In this document: positions 38,896 through 51,300 of the stretch, piece by piece
How positions within the stretch are numbered: the first letter of the stretch is position 1
How the letters are laid out: every line of letters starts with the position of its first letter
From: Amoebophrya sp. A120
Taxonomy: Eukaryota; Protista; Dinoflagellata
DNA: 64,000 bases
NCBI GenBank assembly: GCA_905178155.1
Contig: CAJINV010000014.1
Coordinates: 1,105,858 to 1,169,857, forward strand
Direction of reading: 5' to 3'
Position numbers and translations under genes: made by a program
The notes under the pieces: generated by a model
The model's input: the letters and a program-made list of their open reading frames with translations, nothing else
Database searches by the model: none
What the model was told of the DNA's origin: nothing

Positions 38896-41800
38896 ATGGG
38901 CGGTCAAGACATGAAAGTTTCCGCGGCCGTCGTCGGCCATATGGACGGCTCGGGGGGAGGGCCCGCTGTGTCCGAGAAGGTTGGGCGTCAGCAGTTCGAG
39001 GATGCGCGTTTCCAGATTGCCCAGGAAATGAAGATGAAGCTGGTGAACCGGGTTTACTCGAAATCTGCAAAAATGGACTTCTACTTCGGAATGCTGATTT
39101 TGACAAACCTCGTCGTGCTCGGTTTTGAAGCCGACTTGTCCGATAAATCCAAAACCGGCCCTGAGAACCCGTTTTGGTGGATCGAGTCGATCATTTTGAT
39201 TTTGTTCATCTGGGAATTGTCGATCCGATTGAGATATGCACTGCAAAAGTATCGGACTCGTAGTAGTTGCAGCCTCGCATGACAACATTACAAATTCCAT
39301 TTTTGTTTCTGAGAAAATTTGTAATGCAATTCCTACTAGTACGATAGGATACTTTTGCAATGCATATGAGACTCCACAGTCCCACCCTGGTCACGATCCA
39401 CCCCCTGAACGCGCACGAGTTCAACGCGTCCCTCGGGGGAACCAAGGCAGATTTAGACGAGGTGATGGAAGGAGGTGGCGGGATCTCCCCCGCGAACACG
39501 AACGCGTCGAACCAAACGAATGATAGCAAAAGACCGCACATGCAGCCGTACGCGAAGGCGATAAGTTTCATGGAGTCAAGCGACTCCCTAGCGGATGAGG
39601 AGGACATCGACTACGTGGTCGTGAAATACGAACCGTGGACGATCCGGTTCTGCCTCTCCTGGGTGCACCAGTACATGGGGACCGAGCACTTCGGCCACTT
39701 CGCGTGGCTGGTCTTTGACTTCTTCCTCGTGATCGTGTCGATTCTGGACGCGTGGGTCTTGCAGTTGGTAATGAGCGGCGAGGGGTTCGCGAATGTTTCT
39801 GCGTTCCGCATCCTCCGTTTGATCCGGGTTTTCCGAACCGTCAAGTTGATTCGGTACTACCCAGATCTGTGGCTCCTCGTGAACGGACTCGGGCAATCGC
39901 TGCGCGCGCTGTCCTGGGTGATGCTCTTACTGTTGCTCGCGGTGTACGTGTCGGCGCTGTTTTTGGCAGAGCAGATCCGGGACAACGAATTTTACATGGG
40001 CTATCAAATGCAGAAGTGTCTGGGTCTGGAAGAATGCGCGACTTGTCATGCAGCTTTTCCATGACCCATGAGGTCTGGAATGCAGGACCTGGCATGACAG
40101 ACTCTGTGCGATCTCTCTCATGCCTATCCTGCATGAGAAACTCCCTCCCGACTTGGTCAAAACTGGACGACTTTTGGTAATCATGCAACGCAGATTTTTG
40201 CATGTTTCAGATTTAGCATGACAAGTTGCAGTCTTCGAGACCCAGACATTTTTACATTTTACATGGGCCCGGACGGCACAAGACACCCAGATCCGATGTA
40301 CCACGATGTACACGAATATTTCAGCTCGGTCCCGATGGCCATGTTGACCCTGTTTCAGATTGTCACGCTGGAGAACTGGGTAAGTTTAGTTTTTGTTTTG
40401 CTGGAGTTGTTGATCTTGTAGTTCTCTCGCGCGCATCGTTTGCACTATGAATGACGAGCCGTTTTTGAAGACTAGATGTTGATGTATCGCATTCTTTTCA
40501 AATGATACAATAGGCAATAGAAATTGGCATGAGGTTTTTACTTTTAGTTGTTTACTAGTAGACAGCACTTGATCAACCGAACCAAATCTTCTTATCACAG
40601 CCCGACATCGTCCGCACCATGATGGAAGAAACGTTTTGGTACGGGATCTTTTTCGTTCTGTTCATTGTGGGCACGAACTTTATGATCATGAACCTTTTCG
40701 TCGGCGTTCTGGTCGAGTACATTCAGTTATGACAGTGCACAACTACCCCTCCCCCTCATTTGTATGTTGGCATGAACAGCAATACAAACGCCAGCACACA
40801 TGGAGCCTGTGCATGACAAATTTATGTGCCTAATGTAGTACTACTATTTGGGCTTCCGGATGAATTTGTCATGCATAATAGTGATACAAGGGAACAACTG
40901 GATTTGGGCTTTTGCATGAGAAATGAGAACGAGGGGGAGTTGTGCACTGTCATATCAGTCCGCAGCGAACACCGCGGAAGTGGAATTGATGAAGCTCGTG
41001 ACGAAGGATAAAAACCGCATGTGTGAGGAGCTGAAGGAGATCTTTGCCATGGTATGCATTGCAAATAATTCATTCTGGGTCTGGAAAGTTGTGATGCTAA
41101 TCTGCGGATCACAAGCAACATCCATCAATATGGCGACACGCATGACAAGTTTCTGAGGGACTAGGTCTTGCGTAGACTGCATGAGAAGCTGCGTTTTTGC
41201 ATTACAAAAAAGCAGCGCGGTAGCGGAACATGCATCACAGATCTTTGTCTCCTGTCAGCAGAGCATTACAAGTCTTGCAATCTCCCAGACCCAGACAGAT
41301 TTGCATTTGATACATGGTGGATGTGGACAATTCCGGTTCGTTGTCCGCGGAGGAGTTCAAGGAAGCGATCGTGACCCAACCGGAGGTATCAAATGTAAAA
41401 ATGTCTGGGTCTGGAAACTTGTGATGCTGTGTGGCATATCATGAGGAGGCCACAATTGCTGGCTCAGCATGACAAGTTTCTGAGCTTCTAGGTGTTGCCT
41501 ATTCTGCGTGACAAACTACGTTTCTGCATGACAGAAAAGTGGGGCTCTTTGGTAACGTGCACGACAGATTTATTAAGAGTCATGCCAGACAAGCATGACA
41601 AACTTGCATTCTTCCAGACCCAGACACTTTTGCATTTGATAGATGGTGAAGAGGAAAATCTCCAACCTTCGCGTGGAGGACGACGAATTAGATTGGTTGT
41701 TCGAAGTTCTCGATGCGGACGGCAGCGGGCAATTGTCCATCGATGAGTTTGTCAACGGGGTGTTGCGCACGAGGGACTCGGAGCTTGCTTGCTCCTTGAT

Positions 41801-42065
41801 GACGATGCAGAACCTGATATTGCGGGAGTTCGGGAAAATGGACTGTCACCCGAGGTCGAAATTCTACAAGGGCGATAACGTTCCGTCGCACGGATTTGGG
41901 CCGAAACCGCCGAGCGCAAGCAACTTGCTTATGGTGAACCACGCGCCGGCCGCGCCGGGGAGCAGCAGGGGTCAGAATCCCGATTCGCACACGCCAAGGA
42001 GGCAAGACTCGAAGGGGTCGGGGGCTACGCCGACGCAGGCGGGGGCTACGGGTGGTGGCGCGTAG
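38896..42065 (+). CDS. Single-repeat 6TM voltage-gated cation channel (BacNav/EukCat-like) with two C-terminal EF hands
   Basis: S4 FRILRLIRVFRTVKLIR, pore LTLFQIVTLENW, S6 NFMIMNLFVGVLV, EF hands DVDNSGSLSAEEF and DADGSGQLSIDEF; five introners and one GT-AG intron (about 40380-40600). Confidence 0.9.
39235..39366. mobile_element. Introner family E
   Basis: TATGCACTGCAAAAGTATC / GATACTTTTGCAATGCATA; TSD TGAGA/TGAGA. Confidence 0.95.
40002..40263. mobile_element. Introner family A (close relative of 11278; right end altered to TTTTACA)
   Basis: Family A TIRs; TSD TGGGC/TGGGC, extended to a 13-bp repeat. Confidence 0.93.
40728..40954. mobile_element. Introner family F
   Basis: TATGACAGTGCACAACT / AGTTGTGCACTGTCATA perfect TIR; TSD TCAGT/TCAGT. 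Confidence 0.95.
41053..41312. mobile_element. Introner family A
   Basis: TATGCATTGCAAA..CTGGGTCTGGA / CCAGACCCAGACAGATTTGCATTTGATA; TSD CATGG/CATGG. Confidence 0.93.
41387..41641. mobile_element. Introner family A
   Basis: Family A TIRs; TSD GGAGG/GATGG (3/5); frame restored. Confidence 0.92.
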
Positions 42066-43310
42066 CAGCCAGCGGTACGGTTACCGCCCGCCAGTCTGCA
42101 GCAGAATGGAATCCGAAAGCAGGGAAGCATGGGTGCGCTGTTGGCGTGAAGTTGTGAAGTAAAGGTTTGATGTGATTTTCAAAAAAAACACTGTGCCATC
42201 GTTTGATTTTCCGGTTTGGTTTCTTTTCTACGTACTGTCTACTCAGAACTTTTTCAAAAGATGACAAATTTTATGCGCTTTTTTACCCGACAGAATTTTT
42301 AGCGTCAAGAATCTTTCGCAGTTTCTGGTGCTTCGTTGAAATGACAAAATTTTTCATCTATCATGCATTCAATGGAGGTTTCATGATCGTTGTTTACATT
42401 TTTTCATTACAAACGTTTCAAGAACACAACCCTGATTGAAGTCTACCCAAGAAGTGTGACTACTCCACCCGATGTCACATTTCTCTTTTATTTTCCACCC
42501 CCTTTTTCTATTTTTTTCTAATTTGGCAAACATTTCATACGGTCTGACTGGTGTGCATTCTATCCCGATAATCGGGTGGATTGTGTACGGTTTTTGATGT
42601 CGTGAGCCGTTTTTCTTTTCTCCGCGCGAGTGACTAGATAACGTCGGGACAGCACAGCGCTTGCACCAAAGAAGCAGCGAAATAGAAGTGGATGAAGATG
42701 GACTAGACACCATTGGAGCCTTCTTTTACTGCACGTAGCTAGTGGCTCTCCTGACCAGGTGGAATTCATCCAAACATAAATCGATGCTGTAGCCTGCAAT
42801 AGCCAAACAAGAAGCTTCTGCTGCACAGAGAGTCATCTGATGGCAAAGCAGCGCAACTGAAGGCGGTTTGCAAGCGAGACGATGAAATAGAGTCACAGCA
42901 CGAGCATCACTCAAACTAACTACGACGAGATAGGAAGAGATCACTTACACTTCATTTTAACCGCATTCCTTAAGTTGATCGTTTCGATATGGATGATGTG
43001 GGTACACATCTTCGTCATCCGCCGCTCCCTTGGCGCCGGTACGAACTGATTGCAGCTTTGTTCTTTTTTTTCTTTCGTAGACGACGAGGAACAAGTTCAA
43101 TTTGTGAACGAGACTTCGAAACACGATCACCTTGTCCTCGCGGAGGATCTTACCTGGTTTGGGTTTGTTGGCGCCGCAGAGCAGCACTAATAAATAGAGA
43201 ATGTGAATTATACGAAGAGTTCTTCCTTTGACTTTGTCGGTATGAAATTTTGTCATTGAGAGGGTTGCTTCGTAGTTGTTCCTCCCAAGTTTTTTCACTC
43301 TCGTCCCAGT

Positions 43311-46104
43311 ATGGTTTTGTTCTTCGCAATATTTTTCATCACAGAACTCGCCGTCGCCTTCGATCTGTCCGCAGAGGACAGACAGGCTCTGGAGGGTGGC
43401 ATTTTTTCCGTGAAACACACAACGACCAGAACACCGAGCGGGGGTGGTCACGGGCACGACCAGGGCCATGGCAGGCACAGTGCCAATCCGAACCCGCGGA
43501 CGAACCCGCCACGGAACAGTAGTGGAAGGAGATATGCCGTGCCGAGTAGCAGTGCGAGTGCGACAACTACAGCGAAAGCGAATCACGTGCCGGACACGCC
43601 GAGACCGGTCGGGGGAGCAAGAACAGCATCGTCCTCCACAACCTCGACAACAACAGCGGAAGGTTACAAAGCTGTGCCTGATGTTCATCCCTCATCGGTA
43701 AAAAATAGCGACGAACAACTTGCGCCGCAGTCGGCGCAGGACACTACTACGATAATTGGCAGGGAGCAAACAAATGTAGAAGACAGAAGCTTGGTAACAC
43801 AAGATGAGGAGAAAGTGACGTCGGATCGTCATCCAGGTAGAGATGCACTGGATAAAGAACCACCACCGCAAGAACTACCGCCGGTCGAGCGGGGGCAGCA
43901 CGAACCACAGGTACTAGAGGCGGAAGATCCAATATCACAAGAACATGTTCCACCACAATATTCGGAACCACCATCAGAAGAGGAAATCTACATGTTGAAC
44001 ACAGACGAAATGCTGAAGCAAGACCGGACCGCGCGACAAACATTAAACGAAAATCATGAATCGTTGTCCCACCTGCAGGCGGCCGACAACTTGTCCGAGG
44101 AAGAGCTGGCCGCATTACTGCAAGACAACAAAGTCAGTTTGTTTTCAATGAACAAAGGAACTGGCACAAGTGGTGCAGCACGAAGACAGCAGGTCGTTCT
44201 TGATGACGGCGAAACCGAAATCGATCAGGATTTTTTATCCCCCGCCGCACGTAGAACAACGACAACCCTAGAAGGTGCGGCAGGAACTGCAAATACAGGC
44301 AGTAGCACTTCTTCTAGAGGACAACTTGCAGGAGCTCGCAGGCCCGCCTCCGCGGCAACAAAGGGCTCCAGCACGAAAGTCGTAGCCAAAATGTCAACGG
44401 AGAACAAGAAAAACGCGTTCATTCTGCGCAAGGTGAAGTGCGAACTCTTCGTGTCCCACTTGTCGAAAGACCCCAGGATGGTGGAGTTGCCGATCGAGTG
44501 CGATCCAGACGACGTCGAGAACTTGAACGGGTACCGAATTTGCATGATGAATGAGGAATTCGAGGTCCGGAAGAACCAGGAGCGGACGATCATGCTGGAT
44601 CGCCCGCGGCCGGACGGTTTGGAGTTGTACGCGCCAATTTTGTTCGGCTCGTGCGGCGCGAAAGTGGCGCGATACTTGATGGTCCCGGATAGGCACGAGG
44701 TGTTGATTTTTTTGGATGCGCAGTTTAATTTGAAGTTTTTGATGAACATGAAGTACATGCAGGATGGTCGCTCCGGTCATGTTGGATTTTATTTAGCAGA
44801 ATTAGCATATCATGGTCCAAAGAACTGTAATTTACCAGGGTCGCGGCATGCTCCACTACCAAGTTGGCGACATTTCCATCGACCCACTCCACGGCGTTTT
44901 TCTCTACGTCTCCGTCACGAATCTGCACATGATCTACCGCGTCCCACTTCACGACAGCAGCGACCGAGGTTCCCTCTCCCGCTGGCAGGGACTCGGGAGT
45001 CCAAACCAGCCGCACCACATGCTGAGCTTCGACGGCTTCAGCTCGCCGATTGGCCTGTGTGCGTTGAAGAACTACGAGATCCTGGTCGCGGATTCGGCGA
45101 ATAATCGCGTGACGTATCCACAGTAAATTTCCCGTACACGTACAAATGCTGTCTCTGCATGACAAAAATTGCCTTCAATCCTAGTCTAGCATGACAAGTT
45201 GGACACAGCAAGTAAGCGAAATTTGTCATGCATTTTGTATGTACATGTACGGGAATTTACATTGCATATGAAGCACAACAGCTGGGCCACCCTCCCGGGC
45301 AAGAAAGGAGCGCAGAAGAAGGGGAAATTAGTTGCGGGGCTGAGGGGGTTCATGCTAGAAACCCCCGTACAAATCGCGGTGGTGCACGCGACGGGGAATG
45401 ACAAACTCTACAACACGTTGTACGTGGTGGAAAAATCCCGGCATTTGCTCCGTTACGTCGGCGAGGGGAACTTGATTCCGGAAATTTTGCAGCCGTCGAG
45501 CGGGTTGAAGATCCACGTGTTTCAACCGAATTTGCTAGCAGAGAACCGGGCGAAGCGGCGATACTTTGGCGGAGCGGGGGATGGAGCTGGGTCCTCGGGA
45601 ACGGTGGATTACTTCGAAATGACCAAGCGGGGCGGCGAGAACAGCTACAGCAGCAAGGTCGGCGGCGCAGTCGGGGCAGACGGGAGGGTGTTGAATGCGG
45701 CGGTGCGCGACGACTCGCACGACGACGAAGGGGCAGAAGTGCTGTTTTGCTTGCACGGGTACGTGGCGAGCGCGAGGTTTCGAGGGCGAGAGGGGGCAAG
45801 AGGTGCAGGAGGGGGAATTTCGCAGGGCGGGAACAAGTCGTGGAAGAAAAGTTGTTTGGATGTGGATTCAGCGGGGAGGGCGGTGGTGTTTCGAGAGAAA
45901 AGCCACTTGTTCAACGCGAATAATGGGAGAAGAATAGCAATTCCAAGCAACATCGAACACGTAGTGCTTTCGCCAAAAGCAGATAGCATATATGTGAGTA
46001 GCAAGACGACAGTGTACTCACTCGCAACAGATTCTGTTGCGGAGTTTTTTGGAACTCGTAGAACAGGACAAGCTGTAGAGGATGGAACTATTCTATCAAT
46101 TTGA
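43311..46104 (+). CDS. Secreted protein with low-complexity N-terminus and NHL-like beta-propeller region
   Basis: Signal peptide MVLFFAIFFITELAVA; blade-like motifs ISIDPLHGVFLYVS, FSSPIGLC..ILVADSANNRV, PVQIAV..LYVVEK; short intron at about 44770-44838 and one introner. Confidence 0.6.
45115..45268. mobile_element. Introner family H
   Basis: TATCCACAGTAAATTTCCCGTACACGTACA / TGTACATGTACGGGAATTTACATTGCATA; TSD TGACG/TGAAG. Confidence 0.9.
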
Positions 46105-48376
46105 AGGGTTTGTGCTCCGCGTGGTCACTTTTTCAGACGAGAGTGCGCAAGTGTTCGAACTCGAATAGATTTTACATGATGCCCTAGCTACTGCTCTGCA
46201 CAGGGCAGGCCATTGATGTGTCTGTTCACAATGTTGATAGAGTTTTGGAAGAAAAACAGCACGGGCGGTGGTGGAGGGGCGAGCGCGTGCGGGATGAGCC
46301 GCCGGCGCGGGTCGCGTGGCGCTTTTGGTGTTTCGGACGAGTTGAAGACAACGGCGCTGCGGTGCGTCTCGCCCCCGCAGGGCAGTTCGAAGCTGCTGGT
46401 CGGGGAGGGTGTCGGTGGCGCCCGCTTTGGTGTCGCACAGATTCGGGGAAGCGTTCAAGGCCGGGCGGGCTCTCCCACGTTTCTACAAGAGGCACTCCCT
46501 GACCCACCCGGCGATCTGTGCCGCCCCGCACTACGCCGGCCACCCCCCGGGCAACAAGTAGCGCCAGAAGTTCGACCCCGCCCGCGAGCCCCATGCAGCG
46601 GCGCGTCGACGTCGAAGGCGCTTCGCATCAGCGCGCCCATTTGCGTCATGTCGTGCGCCCTATGTGTGTGCGCAAGGCGGCAACCTGGGCCATTGATTAA
46701 TAGTGGCCGCGGCACTATGAAACTAGGCAGCGCCAAAGCGACAGCCGGGCGGGGTGCGAGCCAGAGACATTAGCCGGCCCCGGTGATTATATATGGTGGC
46801 CCTGCCCAGGCGGGCACCTCTCCAGAATCAATCTTTCTCGTGGCGGCCTTCTGTGTGGTGGGAGGAGGATCAGCAGAATGGCCGGTCTCGGGCAAATTGA
46901 GGCGGGCGGGGCGGGAACAGGCCTCCCCGGTCCTGTTGTTCTTCGGTAGCGCTAACACGATGGGGCGCGCCGAGCTGCGTTGGCGGACGGAGTTGATTCC
47001 TCCGCGCGCTTCGGCGGCGCCCCGCGCGGCAACAGCGAAGCAGTCGCATTGCGCCCGGAGAAGCAACCCGAGGGGGGCGACCGCCCCGCGCGGCCCCTGT
47101 TGCCGGCTGCCCGGCCCCGCGCCGCGCGCATCCCCCGGCTGCTTTTCTTTGTCTGCTACGGTGCATTTTTTCGGGCAAAAAAGGAGGCGGGCCCCATGAT
47201 ATCAGAGGAGGCGCCGCGGGAGGCCTTGGCGGAGGGTGGAGAAGCGTGGAAACCGGAATGCGCGGGGGTAGCGGAACAGCGCGAGACGGGCCACGGCTTC
47301 CGCAGTTTTCTGGGGGCGAGCGAGGAGCACGAGGCCAGGCGCCGCCGCAAAGAGGCGGAGAAAGCGGCGACCGTAGCAGGGCCCGAAACCCTTTGCAGCC
47401 GGCCGGCCCGAAGCGCGGCCCCGGGGCACGCCGCTGCTTGGCGATCGCCCGCGCGCCGCTTTCTTTGGGGCGCGCGCACCTTCCTCCCAAGGGCCGCCCG
47501 GTCGCGCCTGGAGCGGGCCTGCGCCTTCCCTAGCATGGAGTCGAAGGGCCCTGGTCTGTTTGTTCCCTTCGTCCCCTCCTCGGAGGGCCGCGCAGACAGT
47601 GGGCGGGCGCTTGGCGCCCTGTTTGCTGTGGGGATTCCTTGTTGCTGGGCTGGGCGCTGGCTGTTCCATAACAGTCCTGGCTGCAGCAGAGTATCCGCAA
47701 TACAGATGGACCAAGGGGCCTCCGTAGCATTCTGTCGCGCTTAGTGACTTCTGCGAATTTGTTTGCATGTGCACCAGAGTGCGCGCGTTCGCGGTTTCCC
47801 AGGATTCCAGCGAGATATGAGAAAAGCGTCTTCGATGTCCTCGTGTTCATTGGCATGAGCAACGGCGCGCAACTCTTGTCAGTGAGACGGAACACCCACC
47901 GACACTTTTTTTGACCGGCCGACTTCCATGCGGGCTGCCGAGAGAGACAGAGAGAGGGCATCTCGAGTCTCTGCCGACAATCGGCCACGCAGCATGATCG
48001 AGAGAGCATTAATGGGTGATGTCCCTTTTACGAACCTCAACCAGCAACGCAGCAATTCTGTGGGGATTGAAATACCGGGGGCCCTTCGTCGTCCGTGTTG
48101 CTCCGCGGCACAGCGGTGGTTGCGTCCGGATTTGACATGTGCAATAACGTATACCTATGAGCCCATGAAAAATTTGATAGGAGTAAAGTGTTTGCGTGAG
48201 GGCTTTCTTGCCCGCAGCTGCAGCAAATAAATAGCAAAGCAAGATCATTGTTACAATGCCAGAAATCATTCCCTTTGCTGCGCCAGTCTCCGTGAATAAA
48301 ACAAGCAGCATCTACTTCGTTTGAAGAGGATTATGTCCCTCCCGACGCCGACCTCCTCCCTGAGTGGAAGAAGATA

Positions 48377-51300
48377 ATGGGTTGCTTACCCGGGAAGATT
48401 GCTGTGAAGCCCGCCTGTGAGGAGAACAAAATGGACTTTCCACCGCAAAATGTGTCCTCCAACAACCCGAACGCGCCGACACTTCTTACCCCAACCGTGT
48501 CCATCACCACTCCCTCGGAGGTGCACCTCCACGGCAACACGAACAAGCACGAAGCGGGGGTGTTCCTCCTTGGGAACCAACAACTACAGAACGCGGCAGT
48601 TGGGGGTGGGACTGTGAACGTGAAGCCGGGAGCTGGTGGAACAATCAACATGCCAAATAACCAAAATTCAACATTGAACCAAAACTATGCCAACAACAAC
48701 ATCGTGAACAAGTCTGGCGCGTTGAGCACCGCCGCCGGTACGAACCCGTCCAATGCGAGTTCGCAGGCCAACGGCAAAGTGCTCCCGCCGTCGCCAGACC
48801 AAGACAAAGATGACAAAATTCCCCGGGAGCGGTCGGGCAACAGCAATCGCTCCTCCTCGAGCACACGGGAGCAGAACCAAACAAGGCCCGCAACGAACAA
48901 TAAGGCCACATCAACACCAGTTGTCCACGTCTCGAAGCTATCAAGTGTAAAAGTGTCTGGGTCTGGAAGATTTCTAGATTTGTCATGCATATTTTCCATG
49001 ACCCATGATGTCTGTGATGCATGCCGTAGCATCACAGATTTTTAGAGCGCTTCCTCATACCTATTCCGCATGACAAATGCCATCTCCGCGGAGCACAAAG
49101 TGACATCTAACGCCCACTGGCCGTATACACGCGTAAGAAATCGGAAACGGTTCAGCGGATGCGGTCGGGTGGTACCTGTAGGACGTGGAACGGGTGTCCA
49201 CCTAGGGGTATTGGCAGAGGCTAAATCTGTTCTAGCGCCACGGTATTGGCAGAGGCTAAATCTGTTCTAACGCCACCCTGACAGGAGTCAAAGGTCAAAG
49301 CGATGCGATACGATACGCGGAGCACAAAGTCTACTCCTGTTCCTGGTCATGCAATACAAATCTTTTTCGAATCCAGAGACAGCATCACAAGTTTAGATTC
49401 TTCCAGACCCAGACATTTTTACATTTGATAGAAGCAGCGGTCGACGAACAAAAACCTGGTTCTAGACCGGTACGAACTATCGAAAGGAAAAATCCCCCCT
49501 CCCCATATCGAAATGGAAATCTGTGATGCAGGATTTGTGTACACAAATCGGATTTGTCTTGCGGTAGAGGACTGCAGACAGATACAAAGCCCGGAAAGGG
49601 GTGGCTTGGGGTAGCCACTTAGCATGGCAGATGTCTGCCCTAGTAGCGTAGCAGCATTACAAATCGCCTGCGAAGTGCAGCGGAAGCCCTGGCCTTGCTC
49701 TCTTGCAAGACAGACTGGATTAGCGGCCACGAATCAGCATCACAAATTTCGAAAAGCACGCCTGTTCGATATGGGGAGGGGGGATTTTTCCTCACAATAC
49801 GAACTCATTCCGGGGAAGGAGGGCTGGCTCGGCGAAGGATCGTTTTCCTCGGTGCGGAAGGCGCGGGACTTGCACGTTTTGAACACTTGTGCAGGCGCTT
49901 CTCCGGAAACGGCGGACAACTACTACGTCGCGGTGAAGACGTATGGGAGTGTCAGGATTGAAATCGCCAAACTTGGAAGAACTTGTGTAATGCATAAAAT
50001 CGATAAACCAGTTGGAAACCCAATTTCTAAGCGGCGCATGACAAATTTTGGCACCATCTAGATCCAGTTTGTCACTCTCCTGCTTAGGGACAGAAGGCGT
50101 CTTTTGTCATGCTACTTGAGCAGCTCTATCGCAGACCCCAAACAGGCTTACGGTCGGCCTCACTTGCCATCCCTGCAAGACGAGAGACACTTCGCGCCTT
50201 GCAATTTATGCATGAGAAATTATTGCAACTGTGACGATTTCAATCCTGACGCTTCCATAAAACGTACAAACGGCCGAGAATCCCCGTCGCGAAGGACCAG
50301 AACGGGAACCCGAAACCCCTCGACCCCGCCACGGAGCACGCGTTCGCGAAAAAGAACGAGGTGATTCTGAAGAAATTCAAACGGCAGATCCACGTCCTGG
50401 AGACGTTGCTCGCGCCGATTGAGTACGACCGGAGCAAGGATCCGCAATTCTTCCGGGACGTAGAGCCAAGTAGACTCTTTCTCCGTTTGCTGGACTACAG
50501 CAAAGATGAGAATGGGGAGCCAGGTACTTGTTCTAGGATGCTGGTCAATCAATATCAAATTTCTTGATGTTGTGTTGTTGAGGAACTACGTCAATGCCTC
50601 CGCATAATTTGATCTAGGTACTATGCAAGACATTGCCGCATCACAACTTCAACTCACCCTACCACGACAGGTCCTGACCCCACCGCGCCTTCGGAGGAAA
50701 CGGAGATGGTGGTTGTCACCGAGATGGCGGACTTTTCCTTGAAGGACTACTTAACCGCCATATGAAATTGCACAACTCCTCCTCCCCCTCATTTGTCATG
50801 CAAAATTCCAAATCCACCCTTTGCCTGTTAGCACTGTTGGCATGACAGACTCCGGAATCCAAAAGGAATTTGTCATGCAAAAGCTGCATCTTTTGCTTTT
50901 CCAGAGCCAGCGCTTGCGTTGCTGTTCATGCAAGACAAATGTGTTGTGCACTCTCATACGCCAAGCAGTCGGAGCAGGAAAACGCGAACCACAACAGCGG
51001 ACCGACCACCAAATCGGTCATGAACACGAAAACGTTGCGGAAAATCGCGCACTATCAAATGCAAAAATGTCTGGGTCTGGAAAAATGGAAATGCAACTTG
51101 TGATGCTGCGTTTGGATGTCTAAAAAATTTGTGTTGCGTGAGCAGCTAAAGAAGGCTAATTTTTGCTACGCGGAGAGGGCATTTGTCATGCGATATAGGC
51201 ATCAAGAATCCCTCAAAAAACCTGTGATGCTAGGGCATGCATCACACACATCATGGCTCATGCAAACCGTGCATGACAAGGCTCAGAATCTTCCAGATCC

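Noticed and set aside
46094-46125. TATCAATTTG at the end of the propeller gene as an introner left end
   Set aside because: I found no matching right TIR or TATTC duplication downstream.
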